From assembly GCF_006345805.1 (NCBI RefSeq), contig NC_042998.1:166532001-166596000 (forward strand): a stretch of DNA of 64,000 nt. Reading direction: 5' to 3'. Under the pieces are notes generated by a model. The model was given only the letters and a program-made list of their open reading frames with translations. It ran no database searches and was not told the DNA's origin. This stretch comes from Octopus sinensis (taxonomy: Eukaryota). Position 1 is the stretch's first letter. Each line of letters begins with the position of its first letter. Positions 11,370 through 25,190 of this stretch are shown in pieces. The translations under genes were made by a program, and so were the position numbers.

Positions 11370-12223
11370 CAGTGACAAATTCTTCTGCAATTTTAGGATA
11401 TATAATCTAGCTATATAAGAGGCTATCGCACGTTAAATTCAACTTTCGTTGAAAATATTTAATTTTGGATATATACACACATATATATATATATAATATA
11501 TATATATATATTTTACCTTTACACACACACACACATGCCTTTGTCTAACAAAAGGTAACGATAGAATATGTAACCTACTTTAAAAATAAGTACCGTAGTA
11601 AATTCGTTCGCCTCAAACTCTTCAAAGCGGTGCCCTAACACGGCCTCAGTCCAGTGGCTGAAACAAATAAAAGATGAAAGACACCAGCATAAACAAACAG
11701 AGACCGAAAGGTGTAAAGCGAGTGAAAAAGACTAGCAGAAACACAAAAGGAAGAGAGAAGGTAAAAACACAATACGAAATCTGAAATAAGAATTGTTAAA
11801 TATTGAAAAAAAATAAAATGATAGAGTTGGAATAAGGTGTTAATTAAGTTGAAAATATGGAGCAAATATGGATTTGTTTATAAGAAATAATAGAAGAGAA
11901 AGGGATAGAAAAGCGCCGGCGGTAATTTTCGGGAAAGACAGTCTCGTATTGTGGAGAATTAAACAAATTAGAAAATAAACGAGTGACACTTAAACAGGAA
12001 GTTGGGGCGGTGTTGTATGGCCGTCTAGCTCAAGGGTACGGCTATCCCGTTGTGCACCGGATAGTGTGATTGCTGTTATATGTGAGTGGCAATGGAGTCA
12101 TTAGAGAATTTAACTTGAATAGATTTTCTACCCAGTATTGTGTGACCTTTATAACATGCGTTTTTTTTCTCCTTCAATACTTAAAACATTTCGTGTTATG
12201 TTTCGACTGTAGGTTCCATCTAT

Positions 12224-12304
<81 letters not shown>

Positions 12305-12311
12305 AGGACTC

Positions 12312-12512
12312 CATGATAGATCGTTAGCTCCTGCACGCATTTTTTTCTCTCCTTTTTTTCTCTCCTTGTTTTTTTATTTGTATCTTTCTGTCGAAGAGCG
12401 TAGGCTCGAAACGTAAAAGACTTTTTCTATTCCTGTGCGCTATACTAATACATTTGTTTGTTTGTACTCCACCTGCCTTCGTCTTTTGTTTATTTTCGTA
12501 AACTTTCCCTTT
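12312..12512 (+). mobile_element. Solo Penelope pLTR-like element in (TATC)n
   Basis: Similar to the 3' end of the Penelope-like remnant (22198-22333) and to 57752-57913; contains an HHR variant. Confidence 0.7.
12383..12420 (+). ncRNA. Minimal type I HHR variant (A6U)
   Basis: tcttt-CTGTCGA-a-gagc gtag gctc-GAAA-cg-TA-aaaga; stems I and II pair perfectly. Confidence 0.65.
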
Positions 12513-12534
12513 ATCTATCTATCTATCTATCTAC

Positions 12535-12598
<64 letters not shown>

Positions 12599-13383
12599 TT
12601 ATCTATCTATCTATAATGTGCAAAAATGCATAGCTATATACACTTGTACCGGTATGTACGTGCATATACACGTATATGCTTGCATGTATACATCATTATC
12701 ACAGCAAATTCGACATGCATAGTTATATACCATGCATACATGTATAATATATATGTGTGTGTGTATACATGCACGCATATATGTATCTATGCATGCATAC
12801 ACAGATGCATGCATAACTACATATATACATGCATGCATACATTCATACATAGTAGCTGTCAACTCGTAGTCAAGTATAACCATCACTGATAAAAGATCTT
12901 ATCCTAGATGTTAAAGACAATAGCTTTCAGCAATACCCGCGCTGAAATTTAAAGTCAATAGCAGCGTGCACTTACAAAGACCCTCGCCTACAAAGCCAAA
13001 CTGTCCAGAAACAAGCAAGTACGAAATCTCTGGTTATATTTTGGAATTCTCCTTGAGAGATCTCTAAACAAAGATTATGGGTCTCTCATCCCCTGCTGTT
13101 GGATGTCCCTTCACTCTATTTATTTCATCAGTTCTTTGATAGCTTTTGTTTTTTTTGTCCTGCAGGATGTCCAACGAAAGCTACATGTACATGTATGTAT
13201 GTATCTATGTATGTGTGTATGCATGTCTGTTTTTTGGTCTATGCATATGACAAATAGATACATGTGCCAATATAGATAGTTGTGTCTACTTCCGTAAGTA
13301 TAAATAAATATATTCTTGAAAGTTTACATTGGAAAATGCCCCACACTCTCATACATGCTCTTAGACAGTACATACATTCATAA

Positions 13384-15255
<1,872 letters not shown>

Positions 15256-15737
15256 GAGAAATGTAATATCCATTAATGTCACCTTCTTTAAATACGTTGT
15301 AATACTTTAGAATTAATTATCTGCTGACGCCAAAAACTATTTCACTAAAACCTTTGTTAAAATTTTTTATATTTTGTATTGTCTATTATCATTTCCGTGT
15401 ATTTTTTGTTATTATTGTATTTCTTTTATTGTTTATTCACTCGTTCTTATTTTTATTTTTTCTCTTGTTTTGTTTCTCTATTACGTTTGCTTAACTCTCA
15501 CATATTTGAACATCAGCAAAAAAGGAAAATAGATGAAACCATTTTTCGTAAAACGCCAATTTGCTCCGTTCTTTTATTTAATCTACTTTCTGTGTATATA
15601 ATTTATTTAATCTCCGTTATTTGTTCTAACGTAATTTTTTTTAAACGTCTATCTCTTCCTATTTATCTTGAAGTACACTCTAACTTACTCTCGGTTTGAT
15701 TTCGATGTCGGTATTTTTCTTTCCTCTTTTTTTTTCT

Positions 15738-16317
15738 TTTCTATTCTAGGCACAAGGCCCGAAATTCTTGAGGAGGGGACCAGTGGATTTGATCAACCCC
15801 AGTCCACAACTGGTACTTAATTTATCGATCCCGAAAGGATGAAAGGCAAAGACGACCTCGGCGGAATTTGAACTCAGAATGTAGCGACAGACTAAATACC
15901 TATTTCTTTACTACCCACAAGGGGCTAAACACAGAGGAGACAAACAAGGACAGACAAACGGATTAAGTCGATTACATCTACCCCAGTGCGTAACTGGTAC
16001 TTAATTTACCGACCCCGAAAGGATGAAAGGCAAAGTCGACTTCGGCGGAATTTGAACTCAGAACATAAGAACAGGCGAAATACCTATTTCTTTACTACCC
16101 GCAAGGAGCTAAACACAGAGGGGACAAACAAGGACAGACAAACGGATTAAGTCGATTACATCGACCCCAGTGCGTAACTGGTACTTCATTTATCGACCCC
16201 TAAGGATGAAAGGCAAAGTCGACCTCAGCGGAATTTGAACTCAGAACGTAACGGCAGACGAAATACGGCTAGGCATTTCGCCCGGCATACTAACGATTCT
16301 GCCAGCTCACCACCGCC
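15738..16317 (-). mobile_element. Nested triple array of tRNA-headed 'SINE-B'
   Basis: One head (gagctggcagaatcgttag...gagttcaaattcc) and three bodies with gcctttcatcctttcggggtcgataaattaagtaccag. Two end in a Tx1-like tail and the last ends in an alternative tail. Confidence 0.85.
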
Positions 16318-16329
16318 TTTCTTCTTTTT

Positions 16330-16540
16330 CACTTTTACTTGTTTCAGTAATTAGACTGCGGCCATTCTGGGGCACCGCCTTGAAGAATTTTTGCTAGTTG
16401 AATGGATCGACCCCAGGGCATATTTTTTCAAGCCTGACATTTATTCTATCGATTTATTTTGATGAACCGCTAAGTTACAGGGACATAATAACAACACCAG
16501 TTGTCAAGCGGTGGTGGGAGGACAAATACAGACACAAAGA

Positions 16541-16584
<44 letters not shown>

Positions 16585-16800
16585 TATATATCATGGTGAC
16601 CGACCAGGCTATCAGATGTTGCTGCACATCGCTGGTCACAATGCGCTTCGAATTGTTTTAACCTTCAAATGACGCCACCCTGCCGGCTAAACGAGCAGGC
16701 CAAACATATATATACGATGGGCTTCTTTCAGTTTCTGCCTATTAAATCCACTCACAAGTCTTTGGTCGTCCCGAGGCTATAGGAAAAGACATTTGCCAAA
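16330..16800 (-). mobile_element. SINE-A copy with an insertion in its internal microsatellite
   Basis: Tail and body blocks in reverse complement; unrelated ~110 bp at 16594-16705. Confidence 0.7.
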
Positions 16801-17527
16801 GCAGAATCGTCGATGGTCCATGCTCCTTAGGGAGCATAAAAATATAATTCGAAAAGAGAGAAACTTTATCGGAATGGATATTGTCAATGTGAAGTGTTCT
16901 CTTAAAAGATGTGTTAAAGGCAAGCAGATTGAATGCGGTTCAAAATATAAGGTGATGTCAAAGAGTCACATGAATGGAAACCATCCCAGTTATTAACAGT
17001 AGATAATGTAGGTATAATAAATCATACTTAAGGAATGAAGAAAGTAGACTTTGTGACGTTCTGATAAACAAGTCACTTCCAAAGCCATTGGCGATATACG
17101 CTATACTTCAATATTATTTTTTTCTCTTCACCATGTATTTTCAGAAGAAATTAGCAACTTCGAAAATGATAATGATGAAGACGACGACGACAACGATGTC
17201 GGCGAGAGGCGGTGGAGCAAGAAAAGGATTGTTGTTATTGCTGTTATTTTGTCCAAGTTGTCCTGAATAAGAAAACATGAGAAGAGAATAGTTTCATTAC
17301 TAACGGCTTATTTTTCTGATGGTATATTTTATCCAATGTTTCTTATATTAAGCCATTTAGATTGAATTTGAAGGAGGAGATTTGGTTTCAATTTTTTGTT
17401 ATACTACTGGTGATATTAGTGGGTTTCCTTTTTCGTCTTGGTGCTTATATTTGCAATCACTATTTGTTGCTGTTGGTTGTGGTGGTGATGTTGGTGGCGT
17501 TTCGTTATTGCTGCTGCTGTCTTCTTC

Positions 17528-17900
17528 TCCCAATCAGGGCTCATTAGCCACAAAGAATAATCTCTAATTCGAGCCTACTCTAAGCTACTAAGAATGCGTG
17601 CGGCAACTTGAAAATCCACCACCACACGCGATAGACTGGCGGTTGCACGGGCGCGAAAGCTACGTTGTTATCCTCATTCCGTAAACGGTGGCTTTTAACG
17701 GGTGGAGAGCTGAACCATCATGGGGTATAGAGGATTCGCAATCTAGACTAGGGTCTGAAAGTTTACCCCCACCCCGTCGAAGCCTCGTGGAGCTTAGGTT
17801 TTTTTGCTCAATAAACAGTCACAATGCCCGGTCTGAGAATCGAAACCGCGTTCTTACGACCGCGAATCCGCTACCCTAACCACTGGGCCATTGCGCCTCC
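17528..17900 (-). mobile_element. tRNA-headed 'SINE-C' with an alternative 3' part
   Basis: Head ggaggcgcaatggcccagtggttaggg...ggtttcgattctcagaccggg matches the 46568 copy; the sequence after ccacgaggct differs. Confidence 0.7.
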
Positions 17901-18815
17901 ACTGCTGCTGCTGCTGTTGTTGTTGTTAAGGAACAAGATGGTGATTAGGTGATGGTCTAGGGCTTGGGGGTGGGAGACCCAGACCTTGGAAAAATAAACT
18001 TTGGTCGTCTTGTTGTAGTCGAGGGCTTTTCGTTGACGCCCGATACCACTGGGAGCTGACCCTCGAAGTCGCTGGAAATGGAGATCTCCAGTTCCAAATT
18101 CTTGAACGGCTGCTGCTGCTGTTGCTGGGGCCTATACTGCTGCAGCTGCTGTTAAGCTCCATCTCAGCTCCGATCGAGAAGTCACATGATCAAAGATGTT
18201 CCAGCTGTAATCTTACTGTTCCTTTTCTCTGTCTAAAACAATGGCTCGCAACCGGCGTCCATATGGTCCTTGGGGAGTCCATATATACGATTTTGTCGTT
18301 AAAATTTGTGCAATAAATAGCTTATACTTTCTATAATACACAAGATATTTTAACAATCTTTTTATACAATTTCTAATAATATTTAATTATAAAAATATAT
18401 GATTTTTTTTTAAACATCGAATGGCTATGAGAGTCCAGTAGAGTAAATAAGAATCAAAGGGTCCATTGTCTAAAACAATTCTGTCTAATGTATTCTTCCA
18501 TCCTAAGACGAAATAGTGTAATATATTGGATATCTGGCTGCTATTTCTAACATGTCTTGTGATCATACAGACCTGGGGAACCATTATCAAAAAACAGGGC
18601 GCGTGAGACGAGGACCATCGTAAGGCAGGCTGCACTACTGAAAGAAATCGCCACATAATTTGTCCATAGACGTGTCATTCAGAAATCCAACACGGCGGCA
18701 GTTTGCCCAAGACTGATACAGAGACAATTCCTGTTGTTGGCCTGCTGTTACTGTAATTGTCTTGTCGTTGATGTGAGGGTATTGATGGTGGTATTAGTGA
18801 TTGCAGTAATTAGAA

Positions 18816-19303
18816 GGCGGCGAGCTGGCAGAATCGTTAGCACGCCGGGCGAAGTGCGTAGCCATATTTCGTCTGCCGTTACGTTCAGAGTTCAAATTCC
18901 GCCGAGGTCGACTTTGCCTTTCATCCTTTCGGGGTCGATAAATTAAGTACCAGTTACGCACTGGGGTCAATGTAATCGACTTAACACCTATGTCTGTCCT
19001 TGTTTGTCCCCTCTATGTTTAGCCCCTTGTGGGTAATAAAAGAATAGGTATTAGTGATTGCAGTAATTAGAAGGCGGCGAGCTGGCAGAATCGTTAGCAC
19101 GCCGAGCGAAGTGCGTAGCCATATTTCGTATGCCGTTACGTTCTGAGTTCAAATTCCGCCGAGGTCGACTTTGCCTTTCATCCTTTCGGGGTCGATAAAT
19201 TAAGTACCAATTACGCCTTGGGGTCGATATAATCGACTTAATCCGTTTGTCTGTCCTTGTTTGTCCTCTCTGTGTTTAGCCCCTTGTGGGTAGTAAAGAA
19301 ATA
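18816..19303 (+). mobile_element. Two tandem full-length SINE-B copies with Tx1-like tails
   Basis: 257-bp period; ggtattagtgattgcagtaat occurs at 18790, 19047 and 19304 (TSD-like). Confidence 0.9.
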
Positions 19304-19646
19304 GGTATTAGTGATTGCAGTAATAATTACGTTGGCGATAACAACTTTTGTAGCGGCGTATATCGATAAGCAATGAAAGTAGAGACTTATACTACAACAG
19401 CCTCACAACAGTTTATGAGCGAACAAAAATTATCAACGGCAGGTCTTGTGTAAGACGACTATGCACAATCGGTAGCCGTTACAGCAAGCAGTGTCAATAA
19501 AGAGGGAGGAGGAATAGATGATAGGGGGAGGGCTGCATAAAAGTGAGACAAAGGTCAACAGTCAAAGGAAATCTTTCTACGCCATCATTAACTTATCCTG
19601 TCACCTCCGTTCGTCTGCAGCATCACACGTACGCTTACAAATCATG

Positions 19647-19681
<35 letters not shown>

Positions 19682-20024
19682 TCTTCGTCTTCTTCTTTTC
19701 CTTCTTCTTCTTCTTCTTCTTTTACTTCTTCTTCTCTTGCTGCTGTTGCTACTGTTGCTGCTAATACGGATGGAATTCCAAAAGATCAACATTCCGCAGA
19801 AAAATGACAGCATAATAGTTAGTGCAAGATCTTGGTGATGTTTTGGGATTTGTGCATATAATATGGGTAACAGGAGGTGTATGTATACACAAACACACAC
19901 ATACACATACAAATAAATATATATACACGTCATCTTAGACACACACATATATATATATACGGTATATATGATTATAAGGCGGTGCTCTAGCATAGCCGCA
20001 GTCAAATGACTGAAACAAGTAAAA

Positions 20025-20067
<43 letters not shown>

Positions 20068-20574
20068 TATATAATAATTTTATGGAGGCAACACAGGCTG
20101 AGTGTAAAAAAAAACATAATTAAAATACACATTCGAAACTTATACATATATATATTCTTTATGAAATGAAAATGAAAATTCCAGAATACATAAACACACA
20201 TAAATAGACAAATGTCGATGTAAAACATAAAACACGAATGTGTATTTTAATTGTTCTTGTCAATGTCATAAAGACTTATAGCACGTATAGTTGTTGCGTG
20301 TGGGTGTATGCATATGTACATTTACACACACACACACACACTTATATACAGTTATCTTTCATTTTACAGGGACTGGCTTTACGAGTTCTTTTAGACTCCG
20401 CATGTGTTGCCTCCATAAAAATATTATTTTGAAAATATAGCTCACAACGAGCACTACATCATCCTATCTGTATTTTAATGGGAGTTTGCGTCCAATAATT
20501 CTATATTTGTTCCACGTCCTCGCGTTGTTGTGGTTTTGTGCTTTCATGTTTGGATTAACTTTATATATATATAC

Positions 20575-20982
20575 TCTTTTACTCTTTACTCTTTTACTCT
20601 TTTACTTGTTTCAGTCATTTGACTGCGGCCATGCTGGAGCACCGCCTTTAGTCGAGCAAATCGACCCCAGGACTTATTCTTTGTAAGCCCAGTACTTATT
20701 CTATCGGTCTCTATTGCCGAACCGCTAAGTGACAGGGACATAAACACACCAGCATCAGTTGTCAAGCAATGCTAGGGGGACAAACACATACACACACACA
20801 TACACACATATATATATACATATATACGACAGGCTTCTTTCAGTCTACCAAATCCACTCACAAGGCATTGGTTGGCCCGGGGCTATAGCAGAAGACACTT
20901 GCCCAAGATGCCACGCAGTGGGACTGAACCCAGAACCATGAGGTTGGTTAGCAAGCTACTTACCACACAGCCACTCCTGTGC
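20575..20982 (-). mobile_element. Full-length SINE-A
   Basis: Complete head-to-tail match in reverse complement. Confidence 0.88.
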
Positions 20983-20983
20983 C

Positions 20984-21040
<57 letters not shown>

Positions 21041-21042
21041 AT

Positions 21043-22333
21043 ATGAGGCCCAAATATTCTCGAGTTTCACTGGTCCCACTCCTGAACTATTGGGTCGTTG
21101 TATTGACGACTGTATCGGTGCAGCCTCACTCTCCCGCGAACATCTAGTCTCCTTTTTTGGGTCAAATCTTTCCATTCTGCCCTCCACTTCTCCTTCACTA
21201 TTTCCGACACCTCAATCGCCCTTCTCGACATTTCGGTCAGCATTCATCACTCTATTCTCACCACCACTGCAAAAACACACAAACTCACACTCATACCTCA
21301 ACTTCTCCTCCTCCCACCCTAAACACACCAAGCTTTCCATTCCCAATTCATCCGTCTACACAGGCTCTACAATGACAACCATGGCTGTGAGACTCAGTTT
21401 CAACTCATGGCTTGCCACTTCATCCTATGTGGATATCCCCTCACCACTATCCACACCGCTCTTGCCAGAGCACGTTCCGTGGACTGTGTATCTGCTTTCT
21501 CACCCCGCGCCCTCCCCGTCGTCACCCACTCTACCTATCACTCTTTAAAACACCTGTCTGTGTTCGGATTGTCTTTGCACAGGGGCCATACGGACTCCAG
21601 TCTTCGCCGTGAGCAGGGATTAATCTTCTCTCTATGCTTCTTTGTGCCACACGGACTCAACTCCCCTCTCTCTTCATCTAACCCTCCTCCTCTTTCCTCT
21701 CTTCCTCTCACACCTACTTCCTGTCCTCTCTTGCTCTAGCACCTACTTCCTCTCGTCATTCCTACCCACCTTCTTCTTCCACCCTCTCTCTTCATCGTCA
21801 CTCCCTCTCTCGTTAACCACGCCTACACATTCCAGCCCCATCTCACCCCCACCCCATCTCTTAGACCGCCACCCTTGTTTCCCCCTCACCTCTCCCCCCA
21901 CACCACACACCCCCACACCACACTACCACATCACACACCTCACCACACACCACCACACCACACTACCACATCAGACACCACATCACACCACCCCACACAC
22001 ACTAGCACTGACCACTTCCCAGCACATACACCATCATCCACATACCTACACATGCACAAACGCACGCATCAATGTCCCTAGCCCCCTTCCACACGCACAT
22101 ACACGCTTTCATATACCCATGCACGCGCACTTTCGTTTTAGGATCACCACTGCTTTATTATCTCCCCTGTTTGACCCCTCTGTCTGGCATTCGCCATGAT
22201 AGATCGCTAGCCACTAAGCCTTTTTCTGTTGTCTCTCCCTGTTATTTGTGTTCCTTTCTGTCGAACGTTAAACTAATACATCTGTTTGTTGTTTACACAC
22301 CGTCTTCCTCTTGTTTTTTTGTAAATTCTCACT
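21043..22333 (+). mobile_element. Decayed, internally deleted Penelope-like element
   Basis: RT remnants GRCIDDCIG (YIDD-like), KHTNSHSYLNFSSSHP and CGYP; GIY-YIG-region C-terminus REQGLIFSL...PHGLN; pyrimidine/CA-rich 3' region; pLTR-like end; (TA)n on both sides. Confidence 0.8.
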
Positions 22334-22442
22334 ATATATATATATATTATTGAACGCAGTACTTATTTGCTGAATAATTCGAATATGAACTAGAAGCAGT
22401 GCTAGTGTTGTAAACATTATGAAACACACTCAACGTATGTAC

Positions 22443-22517
22443 TTAGCTTGTTCGTCTGTAGGCTGTGGACATCGTTGTGGAGATGACTCCTCCTCAAAGC
22501 ACCGGGTGTTAAAATAC
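22443..22517 (-). CDS. Candidate 75-nt internal exon
   Basis: Acceptor ataatttacag, weak donor AA|gtacat, length divisible by 3, two frames open (YFNTRCFEEESSPQRCPQPTDEQA or ILTPGALRRSHLHNDVHSLQTNKL). Confidence 0.25.
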
Positions 22518-22824
22518 CTGTAAATTATAGACAGGCAAGACAACTCACCCTAAATCCTATTCAAGAGCGATGGACATTATTGTTCTGCCATTTTTGTGGC
22601 TTAACAACATCACGTACTTGAACCGAAGGCAAACTTAATTGCCATATATGTATACATGTATATATACATTTGTATGTCCGTCTGTTTATGTATAAGATAC
22701 GTGTAAAATATGCGCATAATATATATATATATATATATATAACATTATTGGTGATTTTTGCTACTAAGGTATCGGTTAAACTTTTGATTAATCTACTACA
22801 AGATTATTCATCTTTCTATTTCAC

Positions 22825-22856
<32 letters not shown>

Positions 22857-22859
<3 letters not shown>

Positions 22860-23440
22860 TAATTACCGTAATGTCTCGATATACGAGTTAACTTGTTTCT
22901 GGAGACCGCTCGTAAAACGAAAACTCGCAAAACAGAGCAATAATTTTCCACAGTAGCAATGCTATAAATCGTAATTTGTTCCCAGAAAAATATTTTACAT
23001 ATAAAATTTGTAATACTCATAAATAAATGCCAATAAAACAACAGTAAAATGTGAAGAATATTTTATGTAAAGTAAAAATGCCAAGATCATTTATATTTTT
23101 TAAATATTATTATTACAATCGTTTTCTGAATCACTTTCACTCGCACTACACTCACGGACACCATCACTTGTAGACGAAATCACCGATTCACAAGCACTCG
23201 TTACGGACTTATCGATTTTATTTTAAAAACAAGTCTAGGTTTGTTTACTTAGAAGTTGGTTTTTTTTTTGTCGCTGACAATAAATTTCTCAGTAACACGC
23301 AGAAGTATTTGTTATGGTATTTGAAACTTTTGTACTGCGTCCAAAATTTGGATCTTGTGCTTGAAAAATTAAACTCGTAAAATAAAACTCGTAAACTCGG
23401 GGTCTCGTAAAGCGAGTCCTTGTAAAGTGAGAGATAACTG
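22857..23440. mobile_element. Non-autonomous pogo/Tigger-like DNA transposon
   Basis: TA|CAGT...ACTG|TA ends, imperfect TIRs and repeated subterminal ctcgtaa motifs. Confidence 0.55.
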
Positions 23441-24327
23441 TATATGTGTGTGTGTGTGTTTGTCTGTGTGTGTATGTATATGTACATATATATGCACACA
23501 CACACATGCAACAACTATACGCGCTGTAAGTCCTTATGACATTGACTCCATGATGTCTGATCAAATTTAATTTTTAAAAAAACACGTCATTCTTTCTGCG
23601 CTTTCGCCTCCCTAAAATATTAATTGCTGCATTGATTGTATATGGCTTAAATTAAACTGTTATGCACGACAGCTGATTCATCATCGTTTTTCAGATTTTT
23701 TTTTCAATATTTACGTACAGCCTCATTAACTGCAGTTAATAAGGCTGTACAGTTAACCGACGTGCAAACTAGTCAACCACTAGTTATGTTCTGTTAACAT
23801 TGCATTTTGTTTAATTTTTTTTTTTTTTTTTGGTTTTTATTATACCTCATTATTTATTTTTCATCGTTTTTGTTTGGTTTGGTTTTTTTGCATTTATTCT
23901 GTTTCACTTGCCACCCACATAAACCAATCAAAGATCATGACCTCATCAAATAGTTAGCATAGTGGGGGTTAATTTTAATTCGCACCTTTCCGAAACGCCT
24001 CTTTCCTGTGAATTTAACACTTGCCCTTTTCAAACCAGCATTTTGAATCAAAAATAATTGAAATAACATCATAACATCAGCATCAACAGCAACCACAACA
24101 ACAAAAAAGAAGTAATAATAATAATTTCTTTTATATTAATAATGATAATACTAAAAATGCATTACCATTAATATTGCTCAACTATTACTATGATTACTAT
24201 AATTTATTCAATGGCTACATAATCATAAATCTATTGCTTTCTTTTTGTTTTTAACTGTTTCTTTCTTTATTCAATTATGAATACTGCAAAGAAATAAATA
24301 CAGAATGGACAACGACAACAACAATGG

Positions 24328-24378
<51 letters not shown>

Positions 24379-24387
24379 TGATGATGA

Positions 24388-24600
24388 TCTTTCCTACTCT
24401 AGGCACAAGACCCGAAATTTTGGGGAGGGGGCCAGTCGATTAGATCGACCCCAGTACGCAACTGGTACTTAATGTATCGATCCCAAACGAATGAAAGGCA
24501 AAGTCAACCTCGGCGGAATTTGAATTCAGACTGTAGCAACGGGCGAAATACCGCTAAGCATTGGTCCCAGCATACTAACGTTTCTGCCAGCTCGCTGCCC
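24388..24600 (-). mobile_element. SINE-B with alternative tail, in (AAT)n
   Basis: Head and central domain as in SINE-B; tail ccctccccaaaatttcgggtcttgtgcctagagtagg. Similar copies near 26086-26240, 26424-26605, 30975-31160, 40250-40645, 49905-50350, 52640-52852 and 53640-53820. Confidence 0.8.
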
Positions 24601-24602
24601 TG

Positions 24603-24666
<64 letters not shown>

Positions 24667-24677
24667 TAATAATAATC

Positions 24678-25190
24678 ATTGCTCTGCAGTACAAGGTAGT
24701 AGCTCTCGTGGCTTCTGATCTTAACAGATTGCAAGTGTTATCTTGTACATTTTTTTGTCTTGATGTGATAGACGGGCTACAACAAATATTCTGCTCAATA
24801 CAAACAGATTTGCTTATCATCTGTTTGGCCATAACCAGTTGAGCATGTCCCTCAGAGGCTGAAGATATGTGCATCTCTGATCATGAGCAAAATTAGCGGG
24901 GCAGCATCATAGCCATATGTTGAGATGAATTATTTGGGTGTTTCGTTCAACATCCTTAATCTTTATTCAGAGACCTTTTCAGCGGGATGGGCTATTCGAG
25001 TTGAAGAAAATTCTAACTGGGTCCCACCTGCAAGGTCATGTGCAATTTGTCTTGATATGAGGTCATCATGTTGCGCACATATGGTTGTGATATATGTGCC
25101 TGGTGTACCCTTATCAGACGGGTAGTCATGATGGGTATACTGGGCTTCATATATTTTAGCCCAGTGTCACTTTAATGGCATGCACTGCTG
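24678..25190. repeat. Unclassified interspersed repeat
   Basis: 25003-25162 matches 52476-52635. Confidence 0.55.

Noticed and set aside
12018-12065. tRNA-like start ggccgtctagctcaaggg
   Set aside because: No B box or cloverleaf follows.
15738-19324. CRISPR-like or satellite arrays
   Set aside because: The periodic units are whole SINEs in a eukaryotic context; there are no spacers or cas genes.
22518-22548. 31-nt GT-AG mini-intron on the minus strand
   Set aside because: Too short for a typical metazoan spliceosomal intron; probably a chance donor match.
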